Part shown: one piece after another, positions 1 to 12,384 of the stretch
Position numbering within the stretch: position 1 is the first letter of the stretch
How the letters are laid out: each line of letters opens with the position of its first letter
Sequence record: DRR723986_6279
Length of the DNA stretch: 39,976 nucleotides
Reading direction: 5' to 3' (one strand)
Position numbers and translations under genes: made by a program
Notes under the pieces: model-generated
The model's database searches: none
What the model was told of the DNA's origin: nothing
The model's input: only the letters and a program-made list of their open reading frames with translations

Positions 1-2
1 AC

Positions 3-1658
3 TTGCTAAATGATTTAGCATGGGAATACACCTATCAAGATCTAGATACTGCATTTTTCTTTGCTTCAGAAGGATTACGTTTAGCGCAAAAACATGAAAA
101 CGAATTTCCAGGTCCACTCGCAAATAGCTACGGAACGGTTGGGATAGTTTATGATATTCAAGGGAACAACCATAAGGCCCTTTCATATTATTTGGAGTCA
201 TTAGAACTAAAGATTTTTTTAAAGGACTCTTCAGGAATTGCTAATATGAAAACCAATATTGGTGCACTTTTCTTCACTCAAGAAGAATATTCAAAAGCAC
301 TCCCCTATTTCAACGAAGCCCTTGAAATTGAAATGGCACTATCAGATTCCTCGAGCCAGGTAGGAAGTCTAATCAACATTGGTGTGATCCAAAAAAACCA
401 GGGTCAGTTAGAAATTTCAAGAAAATACCTTAGAAAAGCCTTATCCATTGCCATTGCCATTGAAGACCAATTTTATTATGGCATCATCTACAACAATATT
501 GGAGCAAACTACCTTCATGCAAACGACCTGGACTCGGCCTTATTTTACTTCGAACTAGGTGCTAAAGAGAATCTTGAAAACGATAACTTATACAACTATG
601 GAATTTCATTAGAAAATCAAGGTAAAATCCATCTCAAAAAGAAAAACTTCAAACTTGCACAAAAGAAGGCAGAAAAGGCTCTCTCAGTGGGCGAAGCAAA
701 TGGTTTTTATTTCTTACTCACCAATTCATATGAGACTTTGTATGAAATAAACCTAGCGAGTGGTAACATTGATTCTGCCTTCTATTACAAGGGACTGTTC
801 AGTTTATATAAAGATAGTCTGTTAAAGAAAGAAAATAAGCAAATCGTTGATGAAATTGAAGCGAAATACGAGCTAGAAAAAAAACAAAAAGAACTCTACA
901 AAAAAGATTCTAAAATTGCCGATAAGGAGAGGGAATCAACAATCTTCAAATTTATAATTGGAGCTACAGTATTGGCTTCTATCTTATTAATTTGGATGAT
1001 TATCGCAAAAATCCGCAATAACCGAATTCTTTCATATAAAAATAAGATCATTGAAGATTCATTGGAAGAGAAAGAGGTATTAATGCGAGAAATTCATCAC
1101 AGAGTCAAGAATAATATTCAAGCGATTAAAAGCATCATTAATATCCAAAAAAGAAAGACAATTTCTGAGGAAACGAAAGAAAGTTTAAATCAAACTTTGA
1201 ATCGTGTGAATGCCATGGCTTTAATCCATAACAAGCTTTATCAACAAAATAGTTTGTTTGAAATTGGTTCAGATGAATATTTCAAAGAATTGATAAAAGA
1301 TGTGTTTCAATCGTTTGGCATCAGTGAAGAGAATAGCCGTGTAGACATTCACCTGTGCCCTCATATTTTTGAAACCGATCAATTACTTACTTTGGGCCTT
1401 GTTATTAACGAATTGGTGACTAACAGCTGCAAATATGGCAAAGGTGAATCAGGAATATTAAGCTTATCCGTAAAATCTGAAATAAGAGACAAATCATTCA
1501 TAATGAGAATAAAAGATGGGGGTATCACTTCTAAAAATACTGAGAAAGGGTTTGGAACGGATTTAATAGATGCAATGATCTTCAAATTGAAGGGGAAAAT
1601 AACTTATATTAGGGATAATGGTTATCTGACCGAAATGATAATCCCAATAGAAGAATAA
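3..1658 (+). CDS. TPR-repeat sensor histidine kinase (HisKA_2/HWE-like), 5'-truncated by window edge
   Basis: TPR-like repeats (e.g. ANSYGTVGIVYDIQGNNHKALSYY), TM helix IFKFIIGATVLASILLIWMII, H-box EIHHRVKNNIQ, N-box INELVTNSCKYG; stop abuts the ATG of the response regulator. Confidence 0.9.
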   Translation: MLNDLAWEYTYQDLDTAFFFASEGLRLAQKHENEFPGPLANSYGTVGIVYDIQGNNHKALSYYLESLELKIFLKDSSGIANMKTNIGALFFTQEEYSKALPYFNEALEIEMALSDSSSQVGSLINIGVIQKNQGQLEISRKYLRKALSIAIAIEDQFYYGIIYNNIGANYLHANDLDSALFYFELGAKENLENDNLYNYGISLENQGKIHLKKKNFKLAQKKAEKALSVGEANGFYFLLTNSYETLYEINLASGNIDSAFYYKGLFSLYKDSLLKKENKQIVDEIEAKYELEKKQKELYKKDSKIADKERESTIFKFIIGATVLASILLIWMIIAKIRNNRILSYKNKIIEDSLEEKEVLMREIHHRVKNNIQAIKSIINIQKRKTISEETKESLNQTLNRVNAMALIHNKLYQQNSLFEIGSDEYFKELIKDVFQSFGISEENSRVDIHLCPHIFETDQLLTLGLVINELVTNSCKYGKGESGILSLSVKSEIRDKSFIMRIKDGGITSKNTEKGFGTDLIDAMIFKLKGKITYIRDNGYLTEMIIPIEE

Positions 1659-2354
1659 ATGCTCAAAATCCTTATTGTAGAAGACGATCCATTAATTGCT
1701 TTTGATATTAAAGGCGTTGTTGAGTCCGCAGGGCACGAAGTGGTGGCCGTTTTTCACACCGCTGAAGAGACACAGGTTCATTTTGATCAAAACGCAGATA
1801 TCGCATTATTAGATGTGAATTTAGGTGCAGGTTATGATGGTATTTCACTTGGGGCTTTGCTGAAAGAAAAGTATCAGACCCCTTGTATTTTCATAACTTC
1901 ATATTATGATGACAAAACAGTGGAACGCGCAAAACGTGTTGAGCCACTTGCTTATATTTTGAAACCATATGAAGAGCATGATATTTTGACCAACCTGAAA
2001 TTGGTACAATCAAAACTCACAAAACGATCAAAAACCATAGAAAACAGTCCAATTTTCGTTAAAACTGGTTCAAAATTAACCAAAATTGATCCAAAAGAGG
2101 TTGATTTTGTTCAAGCTTACGACATGTACGCTCATCTTTTTATTAAGGGCAAGAGAATAACGGCTTCTCAAACATTGAAAGAAATAGAAAAGTTATTTGC
2201 TGCATTAGATTTCTTAAGAGTTCACCGTTCTTATATGGTTAATTTGAATTCCATAGATGGCATTTGTGAAGATGAAATATTGATTGCTGAAAACAGAGTT
2301 CCTGTTGGGCGGACTTACAAGAAAGAATTGTTTGATCGGATCTTGACGATTTAA
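1659..2354 (+). CDS. LytTR-family DNA-binding response regulator
   Basis: Receiver motifs ILIVEDD, LLDVNL, YILKP; LytTR motifs FLRVHRSYMVN and VPVGRTY. Confidence 0.93.
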   Translation: MLKILIVEDDPLIAFDIKGVVESAGHEVVAVFHTAEETQVHFDQNADIALLDVNLGAGYDGISLGALLKEKYQTPCIFITSYYDDKTVERAKRVEPLAYILKPYEEHDILTNLKLVQSKLTKRSKTIENSPIFVKTGSKLTKIDPKEVDFVQAYDMYAHLFIKGKRITASQTLKEIEKLFAALDFLRVHRSYMVNLNSIDGICEDEILIAENRVPVGRTYKKELFDRILTI

Positions 2355-2443
2355 GTTTCACCTTTAGATTTTGGTTGTTCACCAAATCAGAGCATTCGTT
2401 GACATTAATCTCAATTTTCAGGGTCATATTTACTCTACATTTG
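2354..2443 (+). promoter_or_regulatory. Putative LytTR-type direct repeats plus -7 promoter box upstream of lipoprotein gene
   Basis: AGTTTCAC (2354), TTGTTCAC (2375), TCGTTGAC (2396) at an exact 21-bp period; TACATTTG at 2436-2443 matches TAnnTTTG. Confidence 0.5.
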
Positions 2444-2464
2444 ATTCAATCAAAATCAAACGTT

Positions 2465-3079
2465 ATGAAATTCAAAACAATATTTACAGTTATGCCTGCT
2501 GCATTACTAATGGCTTGCGGAGGCGGAGAAGAAGCAACAGAATCTGCTGGTGGCGAAGAAACAAGTGCTGAAGCATACCATACTTCATTTGGAGAATGTG
2601 CTGCAAATGGTTCATCCATTTCAATGACCGGTGAAACAATTGATGAAAGCTATATGAGCGCGCTTAAAGGATCTGAAAATTCAGACTGGGGAAGTTTTAC
2701 AAATTCAAATGCTGAATTAACAGAAAGTCATAAAAATCTGTACATAAAATTCACGAATAATCCTGACATTTTAAATTCATCCATAGGTTCTTTTGGACCC
2801 ACGGATCAATCCATGACCATTACTGTTCAAAACAAAGAGGGTGAAATTGAAGCGGGAGAATATACTGAAGATGACATCAAAGTCAAATTAACACTGGGGC
2901 GAAAATCTGATGGAGTATCTAAAACAAGTGATATCGGTTCGAATAAAATGACGGATAAAATTGTTATTAATGATATCTCAGAAAAGCATGTTTGTGGCAG
3001 TTATTCATTGACTACAGAAGAAGGTCAAGAAATTATTTCTGCTACATTTGATATGGATGTTAAGGTCGTTAAGTTTTAA
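2465..3079 (+). CDS. Hypothetical lipoprotein
   Basis: Likely start ATG 2465 (MKFKTIF...), lipobox LLMAC followed by acidic GGGEEATES linker; lies downstream of the -7 box. Confidence 0.75.
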   Translation: MKFKTIFTVMPAALLMACGGGEEATESAGGEETSAEAYHTSFGECAANGSSISMTGETIDESYMSALKGSENSDWGSFTNSNAELTESHKNLYIKFTNNPDILNSSIGSFGPTDQSMTITVQNKEGEIEAGEYTEDDIKVKLTLGRKSDGVSKTSDIGSNKMTDKIVINDISEKHVCGSYSLTTEEGQEIISATFDMDVKVVKF

Positions 3080-3100
3080 TTTGAATAACGATTGATTAGA

Positions 3101-3133
3101 CGCCTGCATTTTCGTAATGCGGGCGCTTTTTTT
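3101..3133 (+). terminator. Rho-independent terminator
   Basis: CGCCTGCATT-ttcgt-AATGCGGGCG stem followed by a T7 run, between convergent genes. Confidence 0.8.
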
Positions 3134-3950
3134 ACCTCTTATTCTTTCCAAACTGAATTGACCCACCAAACTGAATGAGCAATGGAAATCTGAAATCCAT
3201 GTTGTGAGATATGGGATTGAGTTCGTTTCCGTCTGCGAAATACTTTGCTCCCTTTCTCTTTTTAACCGTTAAAAATTGTTGATTCAAATTCAGGAAAATC
3301 ATCCCTCTGTTAAAGGCCTTTTCAATGTGAAAAACTACACCCAATTGATGAGTTTGGTATTGGCCGAAAGTAATTGCTCGACTATTTGGAACATATATTT
3401 CACTAATTGGAGAACCATTAAAAGTCCGATCATCTCTATGTCGAAATGTGTAAGATAATCCTCCTCCCCATGATATATTTTCATTGTTTCTGAGATATAA
3501 AATTTCCTGCGAAACGGCATAACCACCTCCAGGAGCAGTTGCTTTTTCATTGTATCCAACTTTCACTTCTGAACTGCCTTTATAAGGTACTCCTGCTACA
3601 GAATCTCCCGTGCCAATATCTGTTAGAGAAAATTCTATTTCTTCACGATAAATTTCAACTGCAACGCTAAAAGATTGACGAATTTTATAATGTTTTTTTT
3701 GCACCCAATCCCATCCTAATTTCAAGTGAAATCCCGAAGAAAAAGTGAAATTTTTGTAATCGATATCGTAAAGTTCAGTCTCGTAAACCGCGAAGTCATT
3801 GTGAATTCGATAAACTCCTTCAAAACTTCGGGTACCATAATTCATCACTGAAAACAAACCCAAACTAGCCTGCATTCGGTATTTGGAATCTTGGCTGTAT
3901 GCTTTGGTAAATAGAAAAAAGATAAAGACTAAGGTAAAGTTTCGGGTCAT
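3132..3950 (-). CDS. Hypothetical secreted/outer-membrane beta-barrel protein
   Basis: Signal peptide (..TKAYSQ), alternating aromatic beta strands, C-terminal GGSIQFGK. Confidence 0.6.
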   Translation of the reverse strand: MTRNFTLVFIFFLFTKAYSQDSKYRMQASLGLFSVMNYGTRSFEGVYRIHNDFAVYETELYDIDYKNFTFSSGFHLKLGWDWVQKKHYKIRQSFSVAVEIYREEIEFSLTDIGTGDSVAGVPYKGSSEVKVGYNEKATAPGGGYAVSQEILYLRNNENISWGGGLSYTFRHRDDRTFNGSPISEIYVPNSRAITFGQYQTHQLGVVFHIEKAFNRGMIFLNLNQQFLTVKKRKGAKYFADGNELNPISHNMDFRFPLLIQFGGSIQFGKNKR

Positions 3951-4058
3951 ACCTTTAGAACAATCATTTCATATGAATAGTTACAGTTGTTCTCGATACA
4001 AATTGATTTTCATAGCTTCAAATCAATTCACTCGAACTAACTGTTCAAAGAGGGAAAT

Positions 4059-4094
4059 AAAAAAAGGTGTCCTGAAAACCAGAACACCTTTTTT
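4059..4094 (-). terminator. Rho-independent terminator downstream of icd (bidirectional form)
   Basis: AAAAAAGGTGTcCTG-aaaac-CAGaACACCTTTTTT inverted repeat with A and T tracts. Confidence 0.8.
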
Positions 4095-4145
4095 AATATT
4101 TCGAAAAACCAATGACGAATAACGTCATTTGCATTCTCCCTCGGA

Positions 4146-6377
<2,232 letters not shown>

Positions 6378-6442
6378 TTAATATTTGGTTGGCGAAAAGC
6401 CAAGGGTGAATCAATAATATTCAACTCTCAGAGAGCGGAGCA

Positions 6443-6450
6443 CAAAGTTA
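6443..6450 (-). promoter_or_regulatory. Bacteroidota sigma-A -7 box for icd
   Basis: TAACTTTG on the minus strand about 70 bp upstream of the start codon. Confidence 0.55.
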
Positions 6451-6570
6451 GAAATTTGACGCAATTGAAAGGGCTTTTCAACTTGAAATTTATGTCGTCC
6501 TCTATAAAAATTCAACGAAAATATTATATTTAGTCTGGCCAAGCCGTCCAACTACAATAAATCAATAAAA

Positions 6571-6948
6571 ATGAAAGTTACAGCCGAAAAAAATGAGCAA
6601 GTTGCCAATATGGTATTCGGGTCTATTTATCCGCTATATCTGAATAGACTGGAGAAAAACGGAAGAACGAAAGATGAATTGGATCAAGTACTGCGTTGGT
6701 TTACCGGCTTAGATCAATCAGCTCTAGACCATATCATTGAGAGCAAAGAAACCTATCGAGATTTATTCGAAAAATCCAGTATTCATGCCAATGCCCATCT
6801 TATTAAAGGCGTTGTCTGTGGTTATCGAATTGAAGAAATTGAAGATGAATTTGAGGTTTACAAAAAGTGCAGACAGATGGAAAAGTTGATTGATGAACTG
6901 GCTAAAGGACGTAAAATGGAGAAGATTTTGCGCGAAGAAAAGAAATAA
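6571..6948 (+). CDS. DUF2200 family protein
   Basis: M.FGSIYPLY..RLEKNGRT..EL..V..W.TG, IKGVVCGYRIEEI, KLIDELAKG pattern. Confidence 0.85.
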   Translation: MKVTAEKNEQVANMVFGSIYPLYLNRLEKNGRTKDELDQVLRWFTGLDQSALDHIIESKETYRDLFEKSSIHANAHLIKGVVCGYRIEEIEDEFEVYKKCRQMEKLIDELAKGRKMEKILREEKK

Positions 6949-6979
6949 GGGACTTTATCCTAGAATTAAATACGACAAC

Positions 6980-7501
6980 ATGCAAAAATCGGAGCTGAAA
7001 AAGAATCCTGATTTTTTAGAATACGTTTACCAATTAACCGAAGGCACTGATTACACTGAAGCCCTTAATCTAAGTCTTGCAGCAATTGACGATATAGACA
7101 TTGCCCAGCTGGAACGAATTGGATTGAAAACCTACGAAAAGGATAAATGGACTATTCCCATCATCCTTCAGCATTTGATAGACTGGGAAAGAATTTGGTG
7201 CTTCAGAGCTATCCTGTTCGCAAGAGCAGAAGGAACTGTTCCTGTTGCGCATGATCAAGAAATAATGGCGGCAAATGCTAATGCCAATGAATTGTCCATA
7301 AAACAGCTAATAAATGAACTGAAAGTTGTGAGACAATCAAGCATTTTATTATTCGAGTCTTTCAACAAAAAAATACTCAACACCGATTGCGAATTTTTTG
7401 AATATGAAATGCCCTTACATTCGATAGGACTTACGATTGCAGCACATCAAATACATCATATCAACATTTTGAAAGAACGCTACTTTCAATTAGATGATTG
7501 A
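6980..7501 (+). CDS. DinB family protein
   Basis: Likely start ATG 6980; KWT...ILQHLIDWER and IAAHQIHH metal-binding His motifs. Confidence 0.8.
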   Translation: MQKSELKKNPDFLEYVYQLTEGTDYTEALNLSLAAIDDIDIAQLERIGLKTYEKDKWTIPIILQHLIDWERIWCFRAILFARAEGTVPVAHDQEIMAANANANELSIKQLINELKVVRQSSILLFESFNKKILNTDCEFFEYEMPLHSIGLTIAAHQIHHINILKERYFQLDD

Positions 7502-7613
7502 CAAGGATGTCTTCAAATAAAACATCAAACATTTTAAAGGACACAATACACGAAAACCTTTGTGTATTAGTCTTTTATTAGAATCAATTTAGTATCTTCC
7601 GTGTTGATACTAC

Positions 7614-7997
7614 ATGATTACTAGTAAAAAACTCACCTCTGCAAACGCTTCAATTGAACAGATTGATGATGGCATTCTTAAATTGTCGTTTACTCGGCCT
7701 GGAATTACGTTGACCAAAAAGGAAGTGATGTGCGGATGGCAATTGGCCATTGATTTTGACCCGGAGAGACGTTCAAAAATTTTGCTGGTAACAGCAGAAG
7801 GAAGTTTATTAGATAAAGCTGCCAGGAAATCAGCATTTGAAGAAAAAGAAAAATGGCCAAAAGTTGCCATGATCATTCATGATACTGGACAGGTGCTCAT
7901 GGCTAAAATAGCGATTACAAGGCACACACCCTCATCAAATACCAAGACCTTTACCAACGAAAAAGATGCTCTTTTATGGTTGCATCAAGAAACTTAA
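7614..7997 (+). CDS. Hypothetical STAS/SpoIIAA-like small protein
   Basis: 127 aa with C-terminal TKTFTNEKDALLWL, typical of SpoIIAA-like Bacteroidota proteins; 3' end overlaps ispD by 24 bp. Confidence 0.55.
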   Translation: MITSKKLTSANASIEQIDDGILKLSFTRPGITLTKKEVMCGWQLAIDFDPERRSKILLVTAEGSLLDKAARKSAFEEKEKWPKVAMIIHDTGQVLMAKIAITRHTPSSNTKTFTNEKDALLWLHQET

Positions 7998-8633
7998 ATA
8001 CTTCAGGTCTTCAGGAGTGGTAATTTTAATATTATTTTCTTCTCCCTTTACCAATGCGATATCTTGACCACAGGCTTCAACTACGGAGGCATCATCAGTA
8101 AATGCAGACTGATAATTTTGCTCGTACGCTAATTTCAAAATTTGAGATTTAAAAACCTGAGGCGTCTGTACCAATCTGAATTTTTTACGATCAACAGCCT
8201 TTGATTCGTCATAGGTAATTTCTCTCAGTGAATCTTTTAACTCAATTACGGGGATAGCAGCACCCGTTAGCTCAGCCGTGTGAAATAGGTCAAGAATAAG
8301 TGCAGTACTAACATTGGGCCTTACGGCATCATGAACAGCAATCACATCACCGGTACATTGGTTAATTGCATTTTGAATTGAGTTAAAGCGTTCATTTCCG
8401 CCGATTACAGTTTTCGTATCAATACCGAAAAAATCTTTGAGCTCATTCCATTCTTTTTGATGTGACTCTGCTATTGAAACAACCACTTCAATTGATGGAT
8501 CAGCTTTTTGAAACGCCTTAATACTTCGATAGATAATGGGCTCATCATGCAATAACAAAAATTGTTTAGGAGTTGGGTTTTTCATCCGACTTCCAACTCC
8601 TCCTGCAGCGATTATGACACTTCGTTTACTCAT
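7974..8633 (-). CDS. ispD: 2-C-methyl-D-erythritol 4-phosphate cytidylyltransferase
   Basis: AAGGVGSRM...PKQFL, GGNERFNS, VHDAVRP, VQTPQVF, TDDASVVE, NIKITTPEDL. Confidence 0.93.
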   Translation of the reverse strand: MSKRSVIIAAGGVGSRMKNPTPKQFLLLHDEPIIYRSIKAFQKADPSIEVVVSIAESHQKEWNELKDFFGIDTKTVIGGNERFNSIQNAINQCTGDVIAVHDAVRPNVSTALILDLFHTAELTGAAIPVIELKDSLREITYDESKAVDRKKFRLVQTPQVFKSQILKLAYEQNYQSAFTDDASVVEACGQDIALVKGEENNIKITTPEDLKYLSFLMQP

Positions 8634-8686
8634 TCTCTTTATTTCGAGATGCTAATTTAACATTCATTCTTAAACTGCCAGAAAAC

Positions 8687-8719
8687 AAAAAAAGGCTGCT
8701 TAATGATTAAGCAGCCTTT
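8687..8719 (-). terminator. Rho-independent terminator downstream of queA
   Basis: AAAGGCTGCTTAA-tga-TTAAGCAGCCTTT perfect stem with U tract on the minus strand. Confidence 0.85.
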
Positions 8720-8738
8720 AAATATTATCGTTTATCTA

Positions 8739-9794
8739 CTATAGAATAAGCATTGCGTCACCGTAAGAGTAGAAATTGTATTCTTCTTTTATTGCTTCTT
8801 GATATGCCTCAGTAACAAAATCGTGACCTGCAAAAGCAGAAATCATCATCAATAATGTAGATTGTGGCGTATGAAAGTTAGTAATCATGCAATTTGCAAC
8901 TGAAAAGTCATATGGAGGGAAAATAAATTTATTCGTCCACCCACTAAAAGGTTTCAAATAACCGTCAGTAGAAACACTTGATTCAATAGCTCTCATTGAA
9001 GTTGTACCAACCGCACAAACTCTTTTTTTATTTCTTTTAGCTTTATTCACTTGGTCTGCTGTTGCTTGATCAATGTAAGCTTCTTCAGAGTCCATTTTAT
9101 GTTTCGTTAAATCCTCAACTTCAACATTTCTAAATGTTCCTAAACCAATATGCAGTGTGATTTCTGCAAAATCAACTCCTTTAATTTCTAAACGCTTTAA
9201 CAATTGCTTGCTGAAGTGTAAACCAGCGGTTGGAGCTGCTACAGCACCTTCATTCTTTGCATATATTGTTTGGTAACGCTCTTCATCATCAGGAGTAACG
9301 TCTCTTAATGCTTTGATATAAGGAGGAATTGGAGTTTCACCTAATTCAGTAATTTTTGCTTTGAATTCTTCGTAAGATCCGTCAAACAAAAATCTGATGG
9401 TACGTCCTCTTGAAGTTGTGTTGTCAATTACCTCAGCTACCAAAGAATCATCATCTGTGAAATACAATTTATTTCCGATTCTGATTTTTCTTGCTGGATC
9501 AACTAACACATCCCACAATAAGCTTTCTCTATTTAGTTCTCTTAATAGAAATACTTCGATTCTCGCACCTGTTTTTTCTTTATTCCCGTATAAACGTGCT
9601 GGAAAAACTTTGGTGTTATTCATGATCATGCAATCACCTTCGTCAAAATAATCTAAAACGTCTTTAAACATTTTGTGTTCGATCGTTTTTTTCTCGCGAT
9701 CTAGAACCATTAATCTCGCTTCATCTCTAATGTCGTTAGGATGTTGAGCGATTAACTTTTCAGGTAACTCAAAATTGAATGCAGATAACTTCAT
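8739..9794 (-). CDS. queA: S-adenosylmethionine:tRNA ribosyltransferase-isomerase
   Basis: [67 protein letters not shown]. Confidence 0.97.
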   Translation of the reverse strand: MKLSAFNFELPEKLIAQHPNDIRDEARLMVLDREKKTIEHKMFKDVLDYFDEGDCMIMNNTKVFPARLYGNKEKTGARIEVFLLRELNRESLLWDVLVDPARKIRIGNKLYFTDDDSLVAEVIDNTTSRGRTIRFLFDGSYEEFKAKITELGETPIPPYIKALRDVTPDDEERYQTIYAKNEGAVAAPTAGLHFSKQLLKRLEIKGVDFAEITLHIGLGTFRNVEVEDLTKHKMDSEEAYIDQATADQVNKAKRNKKRVCAVGTTSMRAIESSVSTDGYLKPFSGWTNKFIFPPYDFSVANCMITNFHTPQSTLLMMISAFAGHDFVTEAYQEAIKEEYNFYSYGDAMLIL

Positions 9795-9820
9795 ATTTCT
9801 TTTTAAAATTAAAAGGATGG

Positions 9821-9828
9821 CAAAGTTA
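9821..9828 (-). promoter_or_regulatory. -7 promoter box for queA
   Basis: TAACTTTG on the minus strand 27 bp upstream of the ATG. Confidence 0.6.
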
Positions 9829-9995
9829 ACATTTATTAATGACTTTAAACGCTTGAAGCCAATAGAAAACTTAATTTAAGAACGCATAGTGTTTTGCCTT
9901 ATTTTTTCACAGGAAAAGAGGGATCGTTCAGCAATTAGAAATTTAAGAATTGTGGTTTATAGTCAAATCACTTGGACATTGATATCCAAATTATT

Positions 9996-10024
9996 ACGCA
10001 AAATGTGAAACGCAAAATGTGAAA
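9996..10024. repeat. 14-bp tandem duplication
   Basis: ACGCAAAATGTGAA x2 in an intergenic region. Confidence 0.85.
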
Positions 10025-10030
10025 TAAAAT

Positions 10031-10070
10031 TAAAAACCCGACCCAACACTTATAAAAGTGCCAAGTCGGG
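10031..10070 (-). terminator. Probable terminator of the VWA gene
   Basis: CCCGAC..CACT-tataaa-AGTG..GTCGGG hairpin with an adjacent A5 (U tract on the minus strand). Confidence 0.6.
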
Positions 10071-10098
10071 CAGATTACAACTGAATCCAAGCTTTGTT

Positions 10099-11697
10099 CT
10101 AACTTTCTTTTCTAATTAATTTGGCATCTTCAACCAAGCGTATAAATTCTACTTTATCCAATTCGTTGATAGAAACTACGCTTCGAGCAATGTCTGTCAC
10201 ATCTTCTAAATCAAAATCTTTGATGTATTTCGATTCTCTTAAGATCAAAGAGAAACCTGCTACCGCAGCAGAAAACTTAAACATCTTAGAGTTATCATCC
10301 CAAGCCACTCCAGCATCCTTCACTGGTATGGAAATTAATTTTGATTTATCCCCAGTTGGTTTTTTAAACCTGAGGCTAACGGTAACTAACTCATCCGAAG
10401 CCTTTGATGAAGAACTTTGGTACTTCAAATTTGATTTCTCAGCTTTACCTGGAATGATTTCATAAATCGCCGTAACAGTGTGTCCTGCTCCTAACTCTCC
10501 CGCATCTTTTTTATCATCTGCAAAATCTTGGGCCTCCATTAATCGGTTTTCATAACCTACCAATCTGTATTCTTTAACCAGGTTCGGATTGAACTCTACC
10601 TGTATTTTCACATCCTTCGCAATAGTGAATAAGGTTCCTGCTAAATTTGTAACCAGCACTCTATTACTCTCGCGGATATCGTCTATATAAAAGTAATTCC
10701 CGTTTCCATGATCAGCTAAAGATTCCATTTTAGAATCTTTGTAATTCCCCATTCCGAATCCTAAGATGGTAAGAAACACGTCATGCTCTCTTTTCTCCTC
10801 AATTAAGCGGGTTAACTCCCCATCAGAGGATTGACCGATATTGAAATCACCATCCGTAGCCAAAATGACACGGTTGTTCCCGTCTTTCACAAAATTATCT
10901 ATGGCAATGTCATAGGCACGATTGATTCCGCCCTCACCATTTGTTGAACCACCAGACTCTAAATTATCAATGGCCTGTTTGATCACCTCTTTGTTTTCAC
11001 ATGAAGTGGATTCAAGCACTACTCTATCCTCTCCTGCATAGGTTACAATTGCCACTCTATCTTTTTCATTCAATCGATCAACTAAGGTTTTAAAAGATTT
11101 TTTGAGCAACGGCAATTTATTCTCATCTGACATTGAGCCTGAAACATCTAACAAGAACACCAGGTTTGACGGCGGTAACATTTCAACCGGAACAGTGTAT
11201 CCTTTTAAGCCAACATGCACCAATCTCGCATCTTCATTCCAAGGACAATCGCCCACTTCAGTATAAACCGAAAAAACATCTTCTTTTTGAGGTACTGGAT
11301 AATTGTAGTCAAAGTAGTTAATGAATTCTTCTGTTCTAACTGCATCAATATTTGGCAGATTACCGTTTTCAATCATTCTTCTACAATTGGTATAACTCGC
11401 ATTGTCTACATCAATTGAAAAAGTAGATAAAGGATTTAAACCTGGTGACATGAAATCGTTTTCTACGATATGGGCGTACTCTTCAGTATTGAAATTATTA
11501 GCTACCTGATCTTGAACCTCTTCCATGTAGTTAACATCAGCCTCTGCTTCAGTTACTTCAAAATAACCCTCACCGACATCTTCAACGCTGTCAAGGGAAT
11601 AATTTTCATTACTTGCAGTGCCTTCTCCTCCACCACAAGCTACAATAGCTATAGCGGATAGGATTACTGCGCTTACTTGCATCCAATTTTTAGTCAT
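10099..11697 (-). CDS. YfbK-like von Willebrand factor A domain lipoprotein
   Basis: Lipobox AIVAC; STFSIDVDNASY, MIDAS motif DVSGSMS, ILATDGDFNIG, TIAKDVKIQVEFNP, YRLVGYENR. Confidence 0.9.
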   Translation of the reverse strand: MTKNWMQVSAVILSAIAIVACGGGEGTASNENYSLDSVEDVGEGYFEVTEAEADVNYMEEVQDQVANNFNTEEYAHIVENDFMSPGLNPLSTFSIDVDNASYTNCRRMIENGNLPNIDAVRTEEFINYFDYNYPVPQKEDVFSVYTEVGDCPWNEDARLVHVGLKGYTVPVEMLPPSNLVFLLDVSGSMSDENKLPLLKKSFKTLVDRLNEKDRVAIVTYAGEDRVVLESTSCENKEVIKQAIDNLESGGSTNGEGGINRAYDIAIDNFVKDGNNRVILATDGDFNIGQSSDGELTRLIEEKREHDVFLTILGFGMGNYKDSKMESLADHGNGNYFYIDDIRESNRVLVTNLAGTLFTIAKDVKIQVEFNPNLVKEYRLVGYENRLMEAQDFADDKKDAGELGAGHTVTAIYEIIPGKAEKSNLKYQSSSSKASDELVTVSLRFKKPTGDKSKLISIPVKDAGVAWDDNSKMFKFSAAVAGFSLILRESKYIKDFDLEDVTDIARSVVSINELDKVEFIRLVEDAKLIRKES

Positions 11698-11758
11698 AAT
11701 TTCTAATTTTTAGGTGTTATAAATTCGTTTAACAGTTTATTCGGATAGGTCACCTGAA

Positions 11759-11796
11759 GTCACCCAGTCAAAAAAATAATTTCTATTTTGGGTGAC
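11759..11796. promoter_or_regulatory. Inverted repeat, putative back-to-back ECF -35 elements
   Basis: GTCACCCA (11759-11766) N22 TGGGTGAC (11789-11796) between the divergent VWA and ECF genes. Confidence 0.45.
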
Positions 11797-11823
11797 CTTT
11801 TAATTTTTCAAGGATATACCTAA

Positions 11824-12384
11824 TTGGAGATAGTGAACAAAGAACATCAAATAGCAACCGAAATTGTAGATAAAATAAGGGAGCAAGATCGTAAAACACT
11901 GTCACAGATCTACGAAAAAGGATATCCAATGCTTGAAAAATACATTTTAGAAAATAGCGGAAATGAGGCAGATGCGGCTGACGTTTTTCAGGACGCCATG
12001 TATTTATTGATCAAAAAAACGGCTGACCCAAACTTTGAACTGAGTTCTAAAATCAGCACTTTTTTATTCGGGATTGGGAGAAATCTTTGGCTCAAGCAAT
12101 TGACTAAAAAACAACCTGATCATGATGCCCTTGCTGCCGAAATTGAATTTGACGATTTACCAGAAGAGGATTTTCAAAAATTTGAACGCACAAAACTGAT
12201 GAAAAAGTGCATTGATTTATTGGGAGAACCTTGCAAAACCATAATCGTGCAGTTTTATTTTTTTCAAACCTCTATGAAAGAAATAGCCGAACAATTGCAT
12301 TATACCAATGCCAATAATGCCAAAAATCAGAAGTACAAATGTTTTGTACGTCTAAAAAAAATGATGTTAGATAAAGGTGAGTGA
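11824..12384 (+). CDS. ECF RNA polymerase sigma-70 factor
   Basis: Region 2 DAADVFQDA...STFLFGIGRNLW; region 4 LGEPCKTII..FY....SMKEIAEQL..NAKNQKYKC. Confidence 0.92.
   Translation: MEIVNKEHQIATEIVDKIREQDRKTLSQIYEKGYPMLEKYILENSGNEADAADVFQDAMYLLIKKTADPNFELSSKISTFLFGIGRNLWLKQLTKKQPDHDALAAEIEFDDLPEEDFQKFERTKLMKKCIDLLGEPCKTIIVQFYFFQTSMKEIAEQLHYTNANNAKNQKYKCFVRLKKMMLDKGE

Noticed and set aside
9996-10024. CRISPR or functional repeat array
   Set aside because: Only two adjacent 14-bp copies with no spacers; most likely a slippage duplication.
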